A stretch of DNA of 64,000 bases from a virus, in the IMG/VR virus record IMGVR_UViG_3300027971_000028, positions 69,337-133,336 of that record, one strand, 5' to 3'. Made by a program: the position numbers and the translations under genes. Under the pieces are notes generated by a model. The model saw nothing but the letters and a program-made list of their open reading frames with translations, was not told the DNA's origin and ran no database searches. Positions 34,094-43,759 of this stretch are shown here, one piece after another. The number at the start of each line of letters is the position of its first letter. Positions within the stretch are counted from its first letter, which is position 1.

Positions 34094-36768
34094 GGCTTTC
34101 TTCTCCGTATTCTTGGGTCTCCCATTGCTCCACCAGCAGACCCACCACCACTTGGGGTGCTAGGTGCACTTCTAGTACTGCTTACTGCGTTGGCTGCGAC
34201 TCCTACTGCATTGATAGCAGCGTTACTAGCAATAATTGCTGATACAACCATTTTCTCTGACTCTTCTCTTTCTTCCTCGCTCATATCTGCTCCAATATTT
34301 AATACGGCCATAACTGCTTGACCTGGGTCATTAAATATTGCGCCAACAAATTCAGAAGGAGACTCCAACACCTGTAGCGCTGCAGCAACCTCTGCGATAA
34401 TTATAACATCGTTACCATTTTCATCTTTTCTAACTTCTACAGGGGTAGTTGCTGGAAGATCCTCGTATGTTAATCCAGCATCTTGTATGTTTTCTTTAGT
34501 AACTGCTTCTCCCTCTGCTGCTGTAATTAATGCTTCTGCCACTAAATCTCTCTCTGCTTCTGTAAATGTCCCATCTTCAGTCAATGCTTCTGATAAGTTA
34601 TTTACTTCAGAGTTTGTAATATCACCATCTGACATTAATGCATCTATGATCAACTCGGACTCGGCTGAAGATAGACCATTTTCAGATATAAGGCTATCTA
34701 CTAGTGCAGTCATTTCTTGATTAGTAACTACTCCATCTGAGGTAAGTGCATCTATAACCAGTGCTGCCTCTATTGCAGTTATCCCGCCATCTGTTAAATT
34801 AGAAGCCAAGTCAGATATTTCACTCACTGAAATGACCCCGTCGGATATCAATGCTTCTAATACTGCTTCAGCATCTGATGCACTAACTGTTCCGCTATTA
34901 ATCAAATCTTCAACAACATTTTGAACCTCTTCAGCAGTCATATCTGCTAGATCTGTAGGTACCTCATCTACTGGAATCTCTGTAGGAATCTCTGTAGGAA
35001 TCTCTGTAGGAATCTCTGTAGGAATCTCTGTAGGAATCTCTGTAGGAATCTCTGTAGGAATCTCTGTAGGAATCTCTGTAGGAATCTCTGTAAACGGATT
35101 GTAGACTGGCTCATAGGTTGATCCACCAATATTTAAACTTGCACTAGAAAAAGGTATTGAAACTATGATTTCTGAGTACTCACTTAATGGACCAGACCAG
35201 TTAGCAACTCTAACTGTGTAGGTAACACCTGGTGTTAAACCACTTAACTCGATGGATGCTGGAGCACCATCTGTATTTAATGTTTGACCAGCATATGGGT
35301 TTGCAGCGGTTAGATCTTGAGTAACAACTTGATAAAACCAAGTATTTGCCTCAAAACCAGTTGGCATTTCTGCCTCTATATACATAAATGTTCCAACTGC
35401 AGGTGCTGAAATTATTGGTGCTGGTGTAGGAATGTTGTTATTAATAGCAGATATTAGTTGACCTGATTTAGTGTTTAATGATGATTGAAGAGATGTTTTT
35501 GTTGACACCGCTGAATTCACGGTGTTAGTTAAAGATGTTGTATTGATTGCATTTATATTAGAAGTATTTGTAGTGTTTTGAGCAACTACTGGTGTAAGAC
35601 TTTGATTTAGTTGAGCAATTGTTGCGTTTGCTGCGTCTACTGCTGCTTGAACTGTTTCTGTATTTGGATCTACATAAGGTGTAAAGGCAGGACCTTGGCT
35701 TATTTGTCCAGCAAACCCAGTGCCAACATTGGTGTCTGTAATGCTATTAATAGTTCCATTTGTAGTTTCTCTATAATTAAATCTTGCTTGATTGGGTATT
35801 GGTCCAATAGCAGTAACATTTGCTTGCCAAGCGCCGTTGACTGGATTTACATCAGCATTAAATCTTACTTGAGCCATTTGCGTAGAGGCATCTTGTTGCG
35901 GAAATGGACGAAGATCCCAAGCAATATCTAAACTTGTTCCAGTAGTTGCATAAGTAATTCCTGTTCCTGTACTCCAGGTTGTCCAGTCCCATCCTGCTAT
36001 AGAGATAGAGGGTGCAGTGGGTGTGCTCCAGTAGTTGCTACCTTCATTTACTCCAAAGGTAATAGTTGCATTACTTCCAACATACACATTGTGGTAAAGC
36101 GTTCCGCCCATTAATAAATCAAATGGTAGGTTCATAATAACACCCACATCATCTACGTTAGATAAAACATTTGTACTCGTCCCAATAGTGGCTTGCAAAC
36201 TATTAACTGCTGTTTGAGCATTATCAATTGCAATATTGGCTTGAGTTAACTCAGTTTGGGCAGTTGCTTGTGCTGTAGATGCTGCTGTTTTTGCTGTAGT
36301 AACTTGAGATATTTCAGTTTGTGCTGTGGTAACAGTAACACTGTCTATTGCTGTTTGAGCAGTTGTAACAGTTGCCTTAGCATCTTGAACTATTTGTGAA
36401 CTTTGATCTATAGGAGTAGCAGTTAAATTTACAGCGTTTATTGTTGCTATTGCTGTATCTACCAAGGCTACACTTGTTTGCGCACTAGTTACTGATTGAG
36501 TAACTGTAGAAACTGCAGCCTGAGCCTGACTTAACTCAGTTTGGACATTTGTTACTACTGCTGTGGCTGTGTCTGTGGCTGCAACTGCTTGTTGAACTTC
36601 TGTAGTAGCAGTTGCAAGAGCCGTATTAACTGCCTGTTGAGCAGGGCTAACAACAACTTGTTCTTGGTTATCGGAAGCCTTGGCATGGTTTGGTGACATT
36701 ATTGAAAAAACTGTAATGCATAGGCTTATCCCAAGAAACAATAAAAATCTGCGTTTAAAATTAATCAA
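34090..36768 (-). CDS. Large exported/membrane-anchored protein (signal peptide, A/T/Q coiled coil, FN3, TEIP repeats, acidic repeats)
   Basis: Hydrophobic N-terminus, LSGLTPGVTYTVRVANW FN3, (TEIP)10, D/E-rich helical repeats, hydrophobic C-terminal segment. Confidence 0.75.
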   Translation of the reverse strand: MINFKRRFLLFLGISLCITVFSIMSPNHAKASDNQEQVVVSPAQQAVNTALATATTEVQQAVAATDTATAVVTNVQTELSQAQAAVSTVTQSVTSAQTSVALVDTAIATINAVNLTATPIDQSSQIVQDAKATVTTAQTAIDSVTVTTAQTEISQVTTAKTAASTAQATAQTELTQANIAIDNAQTAVNSLQATIGTSTNVLSNVDDVGVIMNLPFDLLMGGTLYHNVYVGSNATITFGVNEGSNYWSTPTAPSISIAGWDWTTWSTGTGITYATTGTSLDIAWDLRPFPQQDASTQMAQVRFNADVNPVNGAWQANVTAIGPIPNQARFNYRETTNGTINSITDTNVGTGFAGQISQGPAFTPYVDPNTETVQAAVDAANATIAQLNQSLTPVVAQNTTNTSNINAINTTSLTNTVNSAVSTKTSLQSSLNTKSGQLISAINNNIPTPAPIISAPAVGTFMYIEAEMPTGFEANTWFYQVVTQDLTAANPYAGQTLNTDGAPASIELSGLTPGVTYTVRVANWSGPLSEYSEIIVSIPFSSASLNIGGSTYEPVYNPFTEIPTEIPTEIPTEIPTEIPTEIPTEIPTEIPTEIPTEIPVDEVPTDLADMTAEEVQNVVEDLINSGTVSASDAEAVLEALISDGVISVSEISDLASNLTDGGITAIEAALVIDALTSDGVVTNQEMTALVDSLISENGLSSAESELIIDALMSDGDITNSEVNNLSEALTEDGTFTEAERDLVAEALITAAEGEAVTKENIQDAGLTYEDLPATTPVEVRKDENGNDVIIIAEVAAALQVLESPSEFVGAIFNDPGQAVMAVLNIGADMSEEEREESEKMVVSAIIASNAAINAVGVAANAVSSTRSAPSTPSGGGSAGGAMGDPRIRRRKP
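34973..35092. repeat. Perfect 12-bp tandem repeat x10
   Basis: GGAATCTCTGTA x10, encoding TEIP on the minus strand. Confidence 0.95.
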
Positions 36769-36850
36769 TCAGCGTCCCCCAGGGGTAGGGTTTTATATCT
36801 TATTAATTTAGTTTTTTACTAAATTATCCCTTAATTATACTTTATTTTGT

Positions 36851-37501
36851 TTATTTCCTTAAATAAATATGTCGTACAGTTGATGGATACCACTTAACTC
36901 CGCCTAAAACTGTATTTATTCCTTCGCTGTTAAGTTTTTCTGCTATTGCTTTATAAGAAAGACCTAAAGTTCTCTCAGATAATATTCTCTCTGATATTGA
37001 TTTTTCAACTAAAGGCAGTGGTCCTAAGTCAACTCCCCATACTTTTTTATTATCACGTCTATCTTGATGAACATCTTTTTGGCGAAGTGAAATCATTCCT
37101 CTTTCCATCTCTGCCATGGCACTCATTATGGTTACTACAAACCGTCCCTGGTAGGTAGCAGTATCTAAACCAAGATCAAGAAGTGCTAGACGCCATCCGT
37201 ATTTATGTGAACGATCAACAATGCTAAGAAAGTCTCTAGTAGAACGAGCAAGTCTGTCAAGACGTGTGACGAACAAAGCCTCTGCTTCACCTTTATCAAG
37301 ACTCTCTAATGCAGCAGTTAATACAGGTCGCCCAGTTATGTTCTTACCTGAACGACCCTCTTCACGAAGCATTTCTACTTCATACCCCTGAGACTCCGCT
37401 GCATACTTAAGTTGCTTTTCTTGGGCATCTAGACTCACCCCATCGTCAACCTGCATCTGAGTAGATACTCTTGCATAGCAATAGGCTATTTTTTTATCCA
37501 C
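36851..37501 (-). CDS. Serine recombinase (resolvase/invertase catalytic domain + short C-terminal DNA-binding domain)
   Basis: YARVST catalytic Ser, GRSG..RP.L, RLDRLARS, AEMER, SYKAIAEKLN..W..STV. Confidence 0.9.
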   Translation of the reverse strand: MDKKIAYCYARVSTQMQVDDGVSLDAQEKQLKYAAESQGYEVEMLREEGRSGKNITGRPVLTAALESLDKGEAEALFVTRLDRLARSTRDFLSIVDRSHKYGWRLALLDLGLDTATYQGRFVVTIMSAMAEMERGMISLRQKDVHQDRRDNKKVWGVDLGPLPLVEKSISERILSERTLGLSYKAIAEKLNSEGINTVLGGVKWYPSTVRHIYLRK

Positions 37502-37734
37502 TAGGAGATTTCCTGATATCTATATATTTGTTTAAATAACAGCCCAACTGCTAACAGATCATCTAATTGACCTATAACTGGAATAAAATCTGGTATTAGA
37601 TCAATTGGAGACACTATATACAAAAGTAAAACTATTATGGATAGTTTTCCTTTTAGTGGAGTTTTTGAGGATTTAACCACTTTTATAATATCTTTAATAT
37701 TTAAAGGTAGTTTTTTAAACAAACTATTCTTCAT
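37501..37734 (-). CDS. DUF1232/YkvA-like membrane protein
   Basis: LLYIVSPIDLIPDFIPVIGQLDDL. Confidence 0.85.
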   Translation of the reverse strand: MKNSLFKKLPLNIKDIIKVVKSSKTPLKGKLSIIVLLLYIVSPIDLIPDFIPVIGQLDDLLAVGLLFKQIYRYQEIS

Positions 37735-37996
37735 CCTTTACTACTCTAAGATTCTTAGTTTTATTAAGATCTTTCATTAGTTTTTGATAAGTATCATCAA
37801 GTTTGCCTTTTTTAGGTTTTTTAATAAAAAAGCCAAGAAATGCTTTAATTAGAGAATATACAATTGCTAAGCCAAAAAGTACTACTAAAACAACTAACCC
37901 CCAGCCAACAATTGCTACCAGCATTTGAAATGCTATTTCGAAGGGTTGTTTCCAGTCTACGCTCATTACTGCCTCTTTTCTGGGGATTTTCCCCAC
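37724..37996 (-). CDS. Small membrane protein
   Basis: One long TM helix, Lys-rich tail; ATG at 37966 may be the real start. Confidence 0.65.
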   Translation of the reverse strand: MGKIPRKEAVMSVDWKQPFEIAFQMLVAIVGWGLVVLVVLFGLAIVYSLIKAFLGFFIKKPKKGKLDDTYQKLMKDLNKTKNLRVVKDEE

Positions 37997-38108
37997 AAAA
38001 AGACTATATCACATACAGACTTAGACTTAAAACTGTACGTCTTATGCCTTCCCTTAGAGGGATTTCATAAGTGTCACATTGGACGATTTTGAAGCGTTTT
38101 ACGCTTGT

Positions 38109-39863
38109 TTAGACTGCGTACCTTATTATAACGATACCTGAACCGCCTGCTGCACCTGCACAGCCATTACCTGAGCCAGCACCACCGCCACCACCAGTAT
38201 TTGGTAATCCTGGCTCCGCATAACTTTCAGCATTAGCATTAAATACAGCATCACCACCGCCGCCATTACCACCAGCACCTTGATTAGTTTTGTTTGGACC
38301 TCCAGTAGATGTTCCTGAGGCTCCACCGCCACCACCAGCGTACCAATAGGTTCCACTTACATTTTCGCCAGTTCCAGTCGCAACGCCCCAACTTGAGTAT
38401 GCAGATGAACCAGCACCGCCATTACCACCTGCAGTACCTGTTGAAGCTTGTCCAACTCCTCCAGCTCCACCGCCGCCACCTGCTCTATCTACTTGATTAC
38501 CACCAGCGCCACCAGCATAACCTTCTACCGGTGAATAACCGCCCGCGTTGCCACTTCCTCCAGTTCCAGAAATTCCATTTGCTCCACCACCTGAGCCACC
38601 TGAGCGACCTGAACCAGCACCATAAGAAGCAGCACCACCTCCACCAGTTGTACTTATTGTAGAAAATCCTGAGCCAGCAATAGAAGATGTAGTACCATCT
38701 CCTGCTTGTTGTCCATCAGTGTTGTTTCCAGCACCACCAGCGCCAACAGTAATTGTATAAGCAGTAGCGTTGTTGAATGACTGAGAAGTTAGTCCTCTAA
38801 GACCACCTGCTCCACCTCCACCACCAGTTCTTCCACCACCTCCGCCTCCTGCAATTACAAGAACTTCTGCTCCTGTTATGTTTTGACTTGGAGTAAATGT
38901 TTCTGACTTAGAAAAATAATGATACCAATAAGTACCATCTACACTAATTGAGCCACCCGTGGCTTTTGGAGAATTAGTTGCTGAAGCTGCAGACAAAATT
39001 CCTGTCGATGTGAATGTGTGAATTGTCTTGCCGTCTTGTGAAGTTACAGTTCCACCAGTTCTTACTTGTGGGCCTGCATAACTAATAATTACTAAACCTG
39101 AGCCACCACTTCCTCCGGTATAACTAGCACCATACTCACCGCCACCTCCGCCTCCACCGCGATTTTCAGTGCCTGATGTAGGAACATTACCAGTACTACC
39201 ACCACTTCCACCGCCACCAGTACCACCAGCACCTCCACTTTGTCCATTGCTACTTCCACCACCTCCGCCACCTGCGTAGGTAATTGATGAACCACTAATT
39301 GAAACTGCTACACCTGCGCCACCAGGAGCGCCTGCACCACTAATTTGTGTGCCAGCTGCCCCTGCTCCTCCGCCAGAGCCGCCGCCGTAAGCAATATTGT
39401 AACTTCCTGCGTAAGAGCTACCTCCGTTATATCCTTGATTAGCTACTCCAAAACCATACCTGCCATAACGAGCATGAGTAGCACCACCACCACTACCTCC
39501 GTGCATTGTGCCATTAACATCTACATCATTACCAACAGCGCCACCGCCGCCGCCACCGCCATAAGCAACAATGTTAGCGAATGATGAGTTTTCCCCTACA
39601 AAACCATTTCTGCTACCAGTACTAGCACCGGCGCCACCTGCACCTACTACTACAAGATAATTAACATTGTTCAAAATATCTATTTTTGACTCTAAAGAAC
39701 CGCCACCACCGCTTGCAGTTACAGTTGAACGTAAACCACCAGCACCTCCGCCACCTGCGGCGTTATGCCCACCGCCACCTCCGCCTGCAACAACAAGGTA
39801 GTCAACAGAGACAGATAAAAATGATTTAGTATTTTGAGATGCTGCTGTTCCTAGAATTGGCAT
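38109..39863 (-). CDS. Tandem two-domain Gly-rich adhesin-like protein
   Basis: MPILGTAASQNTKSF leader; two Gly-rich domains; ends IIRYAV. Confidence 0.78.
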   Translation of the reverse strand: MPILGTAASQNTKSFLSVSVDYLVVAGGGGGGHNAAGGGGAGGLRSTVTASGGGGSLESKIDILNNVNYLVVVGAGGAGASTGSRNGFVGENSSFANIVAYGGGGGGGAVGNDVDVNGTMHGGSGGGATHARYGRYGFGVANQGYNGGSSYAGSYNIAYGGGSGGGAGAAGTQISGAGAPGGAGVAVSISGSSITYAGGGGGGSSNGQSGGAGGTGGGGSGGSTGNVPTSGTENRGGGGGGGEYGASYTGGSGGSGLVIISYAGPQVRTGGTVTSQDGKTIHTFTSTGILSAASATNSPKATGGSISVDGTYWYHYFSKSETFTPSQNITGAEVLVIAGGGGGGRTGGGGGAGGLRGLTSQSFNNATAYTITVGAGGAGNNTDGQQAGDGTTSSIAGSGFSTISTTGGGGAASYGAGSGRSGGSGGGANGISGTGGSGNAGGYSPVEGYAGGAGGNQVDRAGGGGGAGGVGQASTGTAGGNGGAGSSAYSSWGVATGTGENVSGTYWYAGGGGGASGTSTGGPNKTNQGAGGNGGGGDAVFNANAESYAEPGLPNTGGGGGAGSGNGCAGAAGGSGIVIIRYAV

Positions 39864-39882
39864 ATTACTCCTTAAAGATAGT

Positions 39883-40002
39883 TAATTATACCTTGATTTT
39901 AAAAACTCGTTTTTTCGCGCTCTCGTTCCGTTAAAAGAAAAAGAGGAGGCAGCAGGGTTTAGGAGGGAAGGATTAGGAAGGAGTAGGGATTGAGGGGGGA
40001 GG
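39883..40002 (-). repeat. Cassette module copy C
   Basis: Core ACGGAACGAGAGCGCGAAAAAAC at 39909-39931; long C/T tract overlapping the upstream ORF end. Confidence 0.85.
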
Positions 40003-40318
40003 TTTTTTGTTTGGTTTTTTTAAGGAGTGTGTTGTAGTAATCAACCAGCGTTGTGATTTTCTCATTTGCTCTATCTACATCTCGCTTGTGAGCATCTTGC
40101 TCACGGATTAGTTGAAGAGAGTTACTAGCAATAATATCGCTGGTGTATTTAATGCAGTAGTTAGATTGACCGATGGTCATCTTTCTTTGGTCAGCAAGAT
40201 TTGAAGATTGAACTAGCAAGGCTGTTATTAGAAGAACTATAAATATAGATAAAGCCTGAATTGTTATTTTTGGGTTTATACTAATTCTTTTAGACTTTTG
40301 TTTATCTACTGATGGCAT
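39959..40318 (-). CDS. Hypothetical membrane protein
   Basis: N-terminal TM helix then coiled coil; C-terminus encoded by the module C/T tract. Confidence 0.6.
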   Translation of the reverse strand: MPSVDKQKSKRISINPKITIQALSIFIVLLITALLVQSSNLADQRKMTIGQSNYCIKYTSDIIASNSLQLIREQDAHKRDVDRANEKITTLVDYYNTLLKKTKQKTSPLNPYSFLILPS

Positions 40319-41949
40319 TAGACTGCGTACCTTACGATCACGATTCCTGAGCCACCAGCACCACCTGCACCGCCGTCGCCACCACCTCCACCACCGCCAC
40401 CGCCACGATTTGCTGTGCCGTTGCTTCCAGTTTGTCCACCGTTGCCGCTATTACCACTGCCAGCGCTACCTGGCGTTACGCCGTAACTACCACCACCTCC
40501 GCCGCCGCCTCCAGCATATGTAATTGACGAACCACTAATGCTATTTGATAAACCATTACCACCATTGCCTGAATAGGAACCAGAACCTCCACCACCTGCT
40601 GCACCTGCACCACCACCACCGCCAGCAGATGTACCAATACCTTGACCACCATTATTTCCTTGACCACTTGGCGAGGCTAAACCTAAATTAGAATTGCCAC
40701 CACCCCAGCCTCCTCCACCACCAGAGCCACCGTTATTTGCACCGCCGCCAGGTCCAGACCCACCACCACCACCTGTAGATGTAACTGTTGAAAATATAGA
40801 ATTACTGCCACTTGATCCATTACCATAACTACCGACGCCGCCACCCGATCCACCAGCACCAACTGTTACTGTGTAGGCCTGTGCAGTTAAAGATAATTGA
40901 GAACCACCAATAGAAGTTCTATATCCACCTGCTCCTCCTCCGCCACCATTACTTCCACCTCCTCCACCTCCAGCAACTACTAAGTAGTCAGCATATAATG
41001 CTTCAGTTGGGGTAAATGAGAATGTTCCTGTTGATAAAAATGTATGAACAAAATAATTAGTTCCACCAGATGAGTAAAAACTAATATCTCCACCTGTTGC
41101 TTTAGCAAGAGCAGTAATAAAATTACCTGAGGATGTAAATGTATGAATTGTATTTCCACCAGATGTTGTGACTGTTCCGCCAGTTGCTTTTTGCTCAGTG
41201 CCTGCGTAGCGAGCAATTACAATTCCTGAGCCGCCTGCGCCCCCGGCGGGAGAACCACTTTGTGAACTATTACCACCGCCACCTCCGCCAGTATTTGCAG
41301 TTCCAGAACTACTTGGAGCATTGCCACCTCCACCTAAGCCACCAACTCCGTTAAGTCCATTTTGTCCTCCACCGCCACCACCCGCGTAGTAAGAAGATGA
41401 ACCTGTTATTGAGTTTGCTTTACCAATTCCTCCGTTAGGTGCATTACTTCCAGTAGAAGTTACTCCTGCAGCACCTGCTCCGCCGCCGCCACCACCTGCA
41501 CCACCACCAGTTCTACCATTACCACCTACATTACCAAAACCTAAACCTGAATATGTATTTTGAGTTGTTGCACCGCCGCCGCCAACACCACCATACTCAC
41601 CGCCGCCTCCGCCTGAACCACCAGAAATACCGTTTACTCCACCGCCACTCCAAGTACCTCCACCGCCACCACCAGTTGCAGTATAAATTGAACCAAATGT
41701 TGAATCAATTCCACTATTCCCCCTATCTCCATTACCTACACCACCAGCGCCACCAGCGCCTACGCTTATTGAATAACTTGTTAAGAAATCTAATCCATAT
41801 TCAGTAGAGTAAACATATCCACCTGCTCCTCCTCCGCCGCCGTTATACCATGCACCTCCACCGCCACCACCTGCAACTACAAGTAAATCAACTTTTAGAT
41901 TAAGAAAAGATTTACTGTTTTGTGAGGCTTGCGTTCCTAGAATTGGCAT
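40318..41949 (-). CDS. Tandem two-domain Gly-rich adhesin-like protein
   Basis: MPILGTQASQNSKSF leader; ARYAGTEQKA linker shared with 30070..31773. Confidence 0.78.
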   Translation of the reverse strand: MPILGTQASQNSKSFLNLKVDLLVVAGGGGGGAWYNGGGGGAGGYVYSTEYGLDFLTSYSISVGAGGAGGVGNGDRGNSGIDSTFGSIYTATGGGGGGTWSGGGVNGISGGSGGGGGEYGGVGGGGATTQNTYSGLGFGNVGGNGRTGGGAGGGGGGAGAAGVTSTGSNAPNGGIGKANSITGSSSYYAGGGGGGQNGLNGVGGLGGGGNAPSSSGTANTGGGGGGNSSQSGSPAGGAGGSGIVIARYAGTEQKATGGTVTTSGGNTIHTFTSSGNFITALAKATGGDISFYSSGGTNYFVHTFLSTGTFSFTPTEALYADYLVVAGGGGGGSNGGGGGAGGYRTSIGGSQLSLTAQAYTVTVGAGGSGGGVGSYGNGSSGSNSIFSTVTSTGGGGGSGPGGGANNGGSGGGGGWGGGNSNLGLASPSGQGNNGGQGIGTSAGGGGGAGAAGGGGSGSYSGNGGNGLSNSISGSSITYAGGGGGGGGSYGVTPGSAGSGNSGNGGQTGSNGTANRGGGGGGGGGDGGAGGAGGSGIVIVRYAV

Positions 41950-41968
41950 GAAACTCCTTTAATTATGC

Positions 41969-42053
41969 TTAATTATATCGCAGTTTGAAAACTCGTTTTT
42001 TCGCGCTCTCGTTCCGTTATAGGAGGAAGAGGCAAAGATAAAAAGGGGGAGGG
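41969..42053 (-). repeat. Cassette module copy D
   Basis: Core at 41995-42017; 41988-42019 is identical (32 bp) to 39902-39933. Confidence 0.85.
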
Positions 42054-42938
42054 TTAAAAGGTTATGGTTCCTGTAGCGTTAAATTGGTAGTAAACATAAT
42101 TACCATAACTACCAGATACTGGATCACCAGATGTAGACACTGCTGCTCTTGAAGTACGAATAATTACTACACCACTACCTCCGCCACCACTTGCTGGACC
42201 GCAGTAATGCAAACCATTTCCACCGCCGCCAGTATTCGCTGTGCCACCGCCGCCATCATAAGTATCACCAGTAGGAGAGTTTTGAGCGCTTCCTCCGCCG
42301 CCGCCTGCTCTACCAACAGATGTTCCAGTTATAGATGATGAAACACCTACTCCACCATCGCCACCTTTATTGGTTCCAGAACTACCTCCAGTAGCGTTAC
42401 CTCCCACTCCACCTGCTCCACCTCCGCCACCTTGATTATAATTACCAAAAGGATTGACTGGGTTTCCACCATTTGTATTTGTACCACCACCATAACCTTG
42501 TCCTGAAGTACCAGCGCCACCTGAATAAGTTCCAGATGTACCACCTGCGGCACCGCTACCTGAACCACCAGTAAAACCAGCACCAACAGCAACTGAACTA
42601 CTTCTACCTCTAGCGCCACCAAGTGATGTTATGGTTGTTATACCAGAGCCAGAAAAAGATGAATTATTACCTTGAGTACCATTACTAGTCATTGTGCTAG
42701 TCCCACCAGCGCCAACTGTTGCTGTATAAGTAACTCCTGCAATTAAAGTTATCATTGATTCAGCACCTGCGCCACCACCACTTGATTCACCAACTACTGA
42801 AGATCTATAGCCACCTGCTCCAGCGCCAGCGCCACCGCAAAAACCACCGCCTCCTCCGCCTGCAATAACAATGTATTCAACTTGGACATCTAGAAATGAT
42901 TTGCTGTTTTGTGAAGCGGAAGTTCCAAGAAGAGGCAT
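42054..42938 (-). CDS. Gly-rich adhesin-like protein
   Basis: MPLLGTSASQNSKSF leader, VEYIVIAGGGGGG, GGSGVVIIR. Confidence 0.75.
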   Translation of the reverse strand: MPLLGTSASQNSKSFLDVQVEYIVIAGGGGGGFCGGAGAGAGGYRSSVVGESSGGGAGAESMITLIAGVTYTATVGAGGTSTMTSNGTQGNNSSFSGSGITTITSLGGARGRSSSVAVGAGFTGGSGSGAAGGTSGTYSGGAGTSGQGYGGGTNTNGGNPVNPFGNYNQGGGGGAGGVGGNATGGSSGTNKGGDGGVGVSSSITGTSVGRAGGGGGSAQNSPTGDTYDGGGGTANTGGGGNGLHYCGPASGGGGSGVVIIRTSRAAVSTSGDPVSGSYGNYVYYQFNATGTITF

Positions 42939-42957
42939 TTAAATCCTTTGTTTAGAT

Positions 42958-43022
42958 AGTTAATTATACCTTGCTTTAAAAACGTGTTTCTTCGCGCTCT
43001 CATTCCGTACTAAGAAAGAGAA
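42958..43022 (-). repeat. Cassette module copy E
   Basis: Core at 42986-43008 identical to copy A; AAAGCAAGGTATAATTAA also shared with A. Confidence 0.85.
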
Positions 43023-43249
43023 TCGGGATAATTTTCAGGGTTATCGATAATTAAAAGGTTAGGAAGGTTGGGAGGGATGGAGTGTCCAATTTTTTTGTGG
43101 GCGCTAAGGTGGTCAATCATTTCTTGCGTTGACTCTGCACAGAAGGAAGCCTCTAACTCGTCACCAAAATAACACATTGCGCACACTACGCCGCGACCAG
43201 GAATTGAATACACGTAAACATCCGACTCGCTGAACTTAGAATAAATCAT
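43010..43249 (-). CDS. Hypothetical protein (Cys/His, possibly Zn-binding)
   Basis: SDVYVY..VCAMC..MIDHL.AH..GH. Confidence 0.6.
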   Translation of the reverse strand: MIYSKFSESDVYVYSIPGRGVVCAMCYFGDELEASFCAESTQEMIDHLSAHKKIGHSIPPNLPNLLIIDNPENYPDSLS

Positions 43250-43591
43250 ATGCTTATTATATCAGTTAAGATTTCTAGCATGGATGAGATGGAAGACTTT
43301 GAGTATTGGTCGGATGATGAAAACGATGCATTTATAGAGCACTTGATTGAGGCTGGGGTTTTGATAGAAGATGGATTTGATGAAGATGGGGAAGTAACTT
43401 ACACATATAACTTCGAATTAATGAAAGTTTTAATGCCAGCTATGTATGATGAAATTATGATTGGTTTAAATGATAATTTAGTTGCGCTATATGAAATGGG
43501 TTTTATAAAGATTGAATACAACGAAGATCTTAAAGCAGTCTTCTCTGCTACTGAAAAGGGAATGATGTACTTTAAAAGTGAAGGTTATTAA
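43250..43591 (+). CDS. Acidic hypothetical protein
   Basis: D/E-rich 113-aa ORF; real start probably a later Met. Confidence 0.65.
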   Translation: MLIISVKISSMDEMEDFEYWSDDENDAFIEHLIEAGVLIEDGFDEDGEVTYTYNFELMKVLMPAMYDEIMIGLNDNLVALYEMGFIKIEYNEDLKAVFSATEKGMMYFKSEGY

Positions 43592-43756
43592 ATGAAAGAA
43601 CTCGGTTACAAAGAAATTAAACCTAAATGTAATATTATTCTTAGGCTTTATGGAAAAGTATTAATGGAAATAGGCTCTTGGTGTATTGAAAAGGGAATTA
43701 AATACGCAACTGTGTGGGAAAAAATCCCTGAAAAAAAGAAAAAAACAAAAAAGTAG
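43592..43756 (+). CDS. Small hypothetical protein (54 aa)
   Basis: ATG directly after the upstream TAA; MKELGYKEIKPK...KKKKTKK. Confidence 0.5.
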   Translation: MKELGYKEIKPKCNIILRLYGKVLMEIGSWCIEKGIKYATVWEKIPEKKKKTKK

Positions 43757-43759
43757 TTC

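Noticed and set aside
34973-35092. Possible CRISPR array
   Set aside because: Contiguous 12-bp units with no spacers, in frame within a CDS; no cas genes
36851-37501. IS607 transposon
   Set aside because: No N-terminal MerR-like HTH and no adjacent TnpB; flanked by ordinary phage genes
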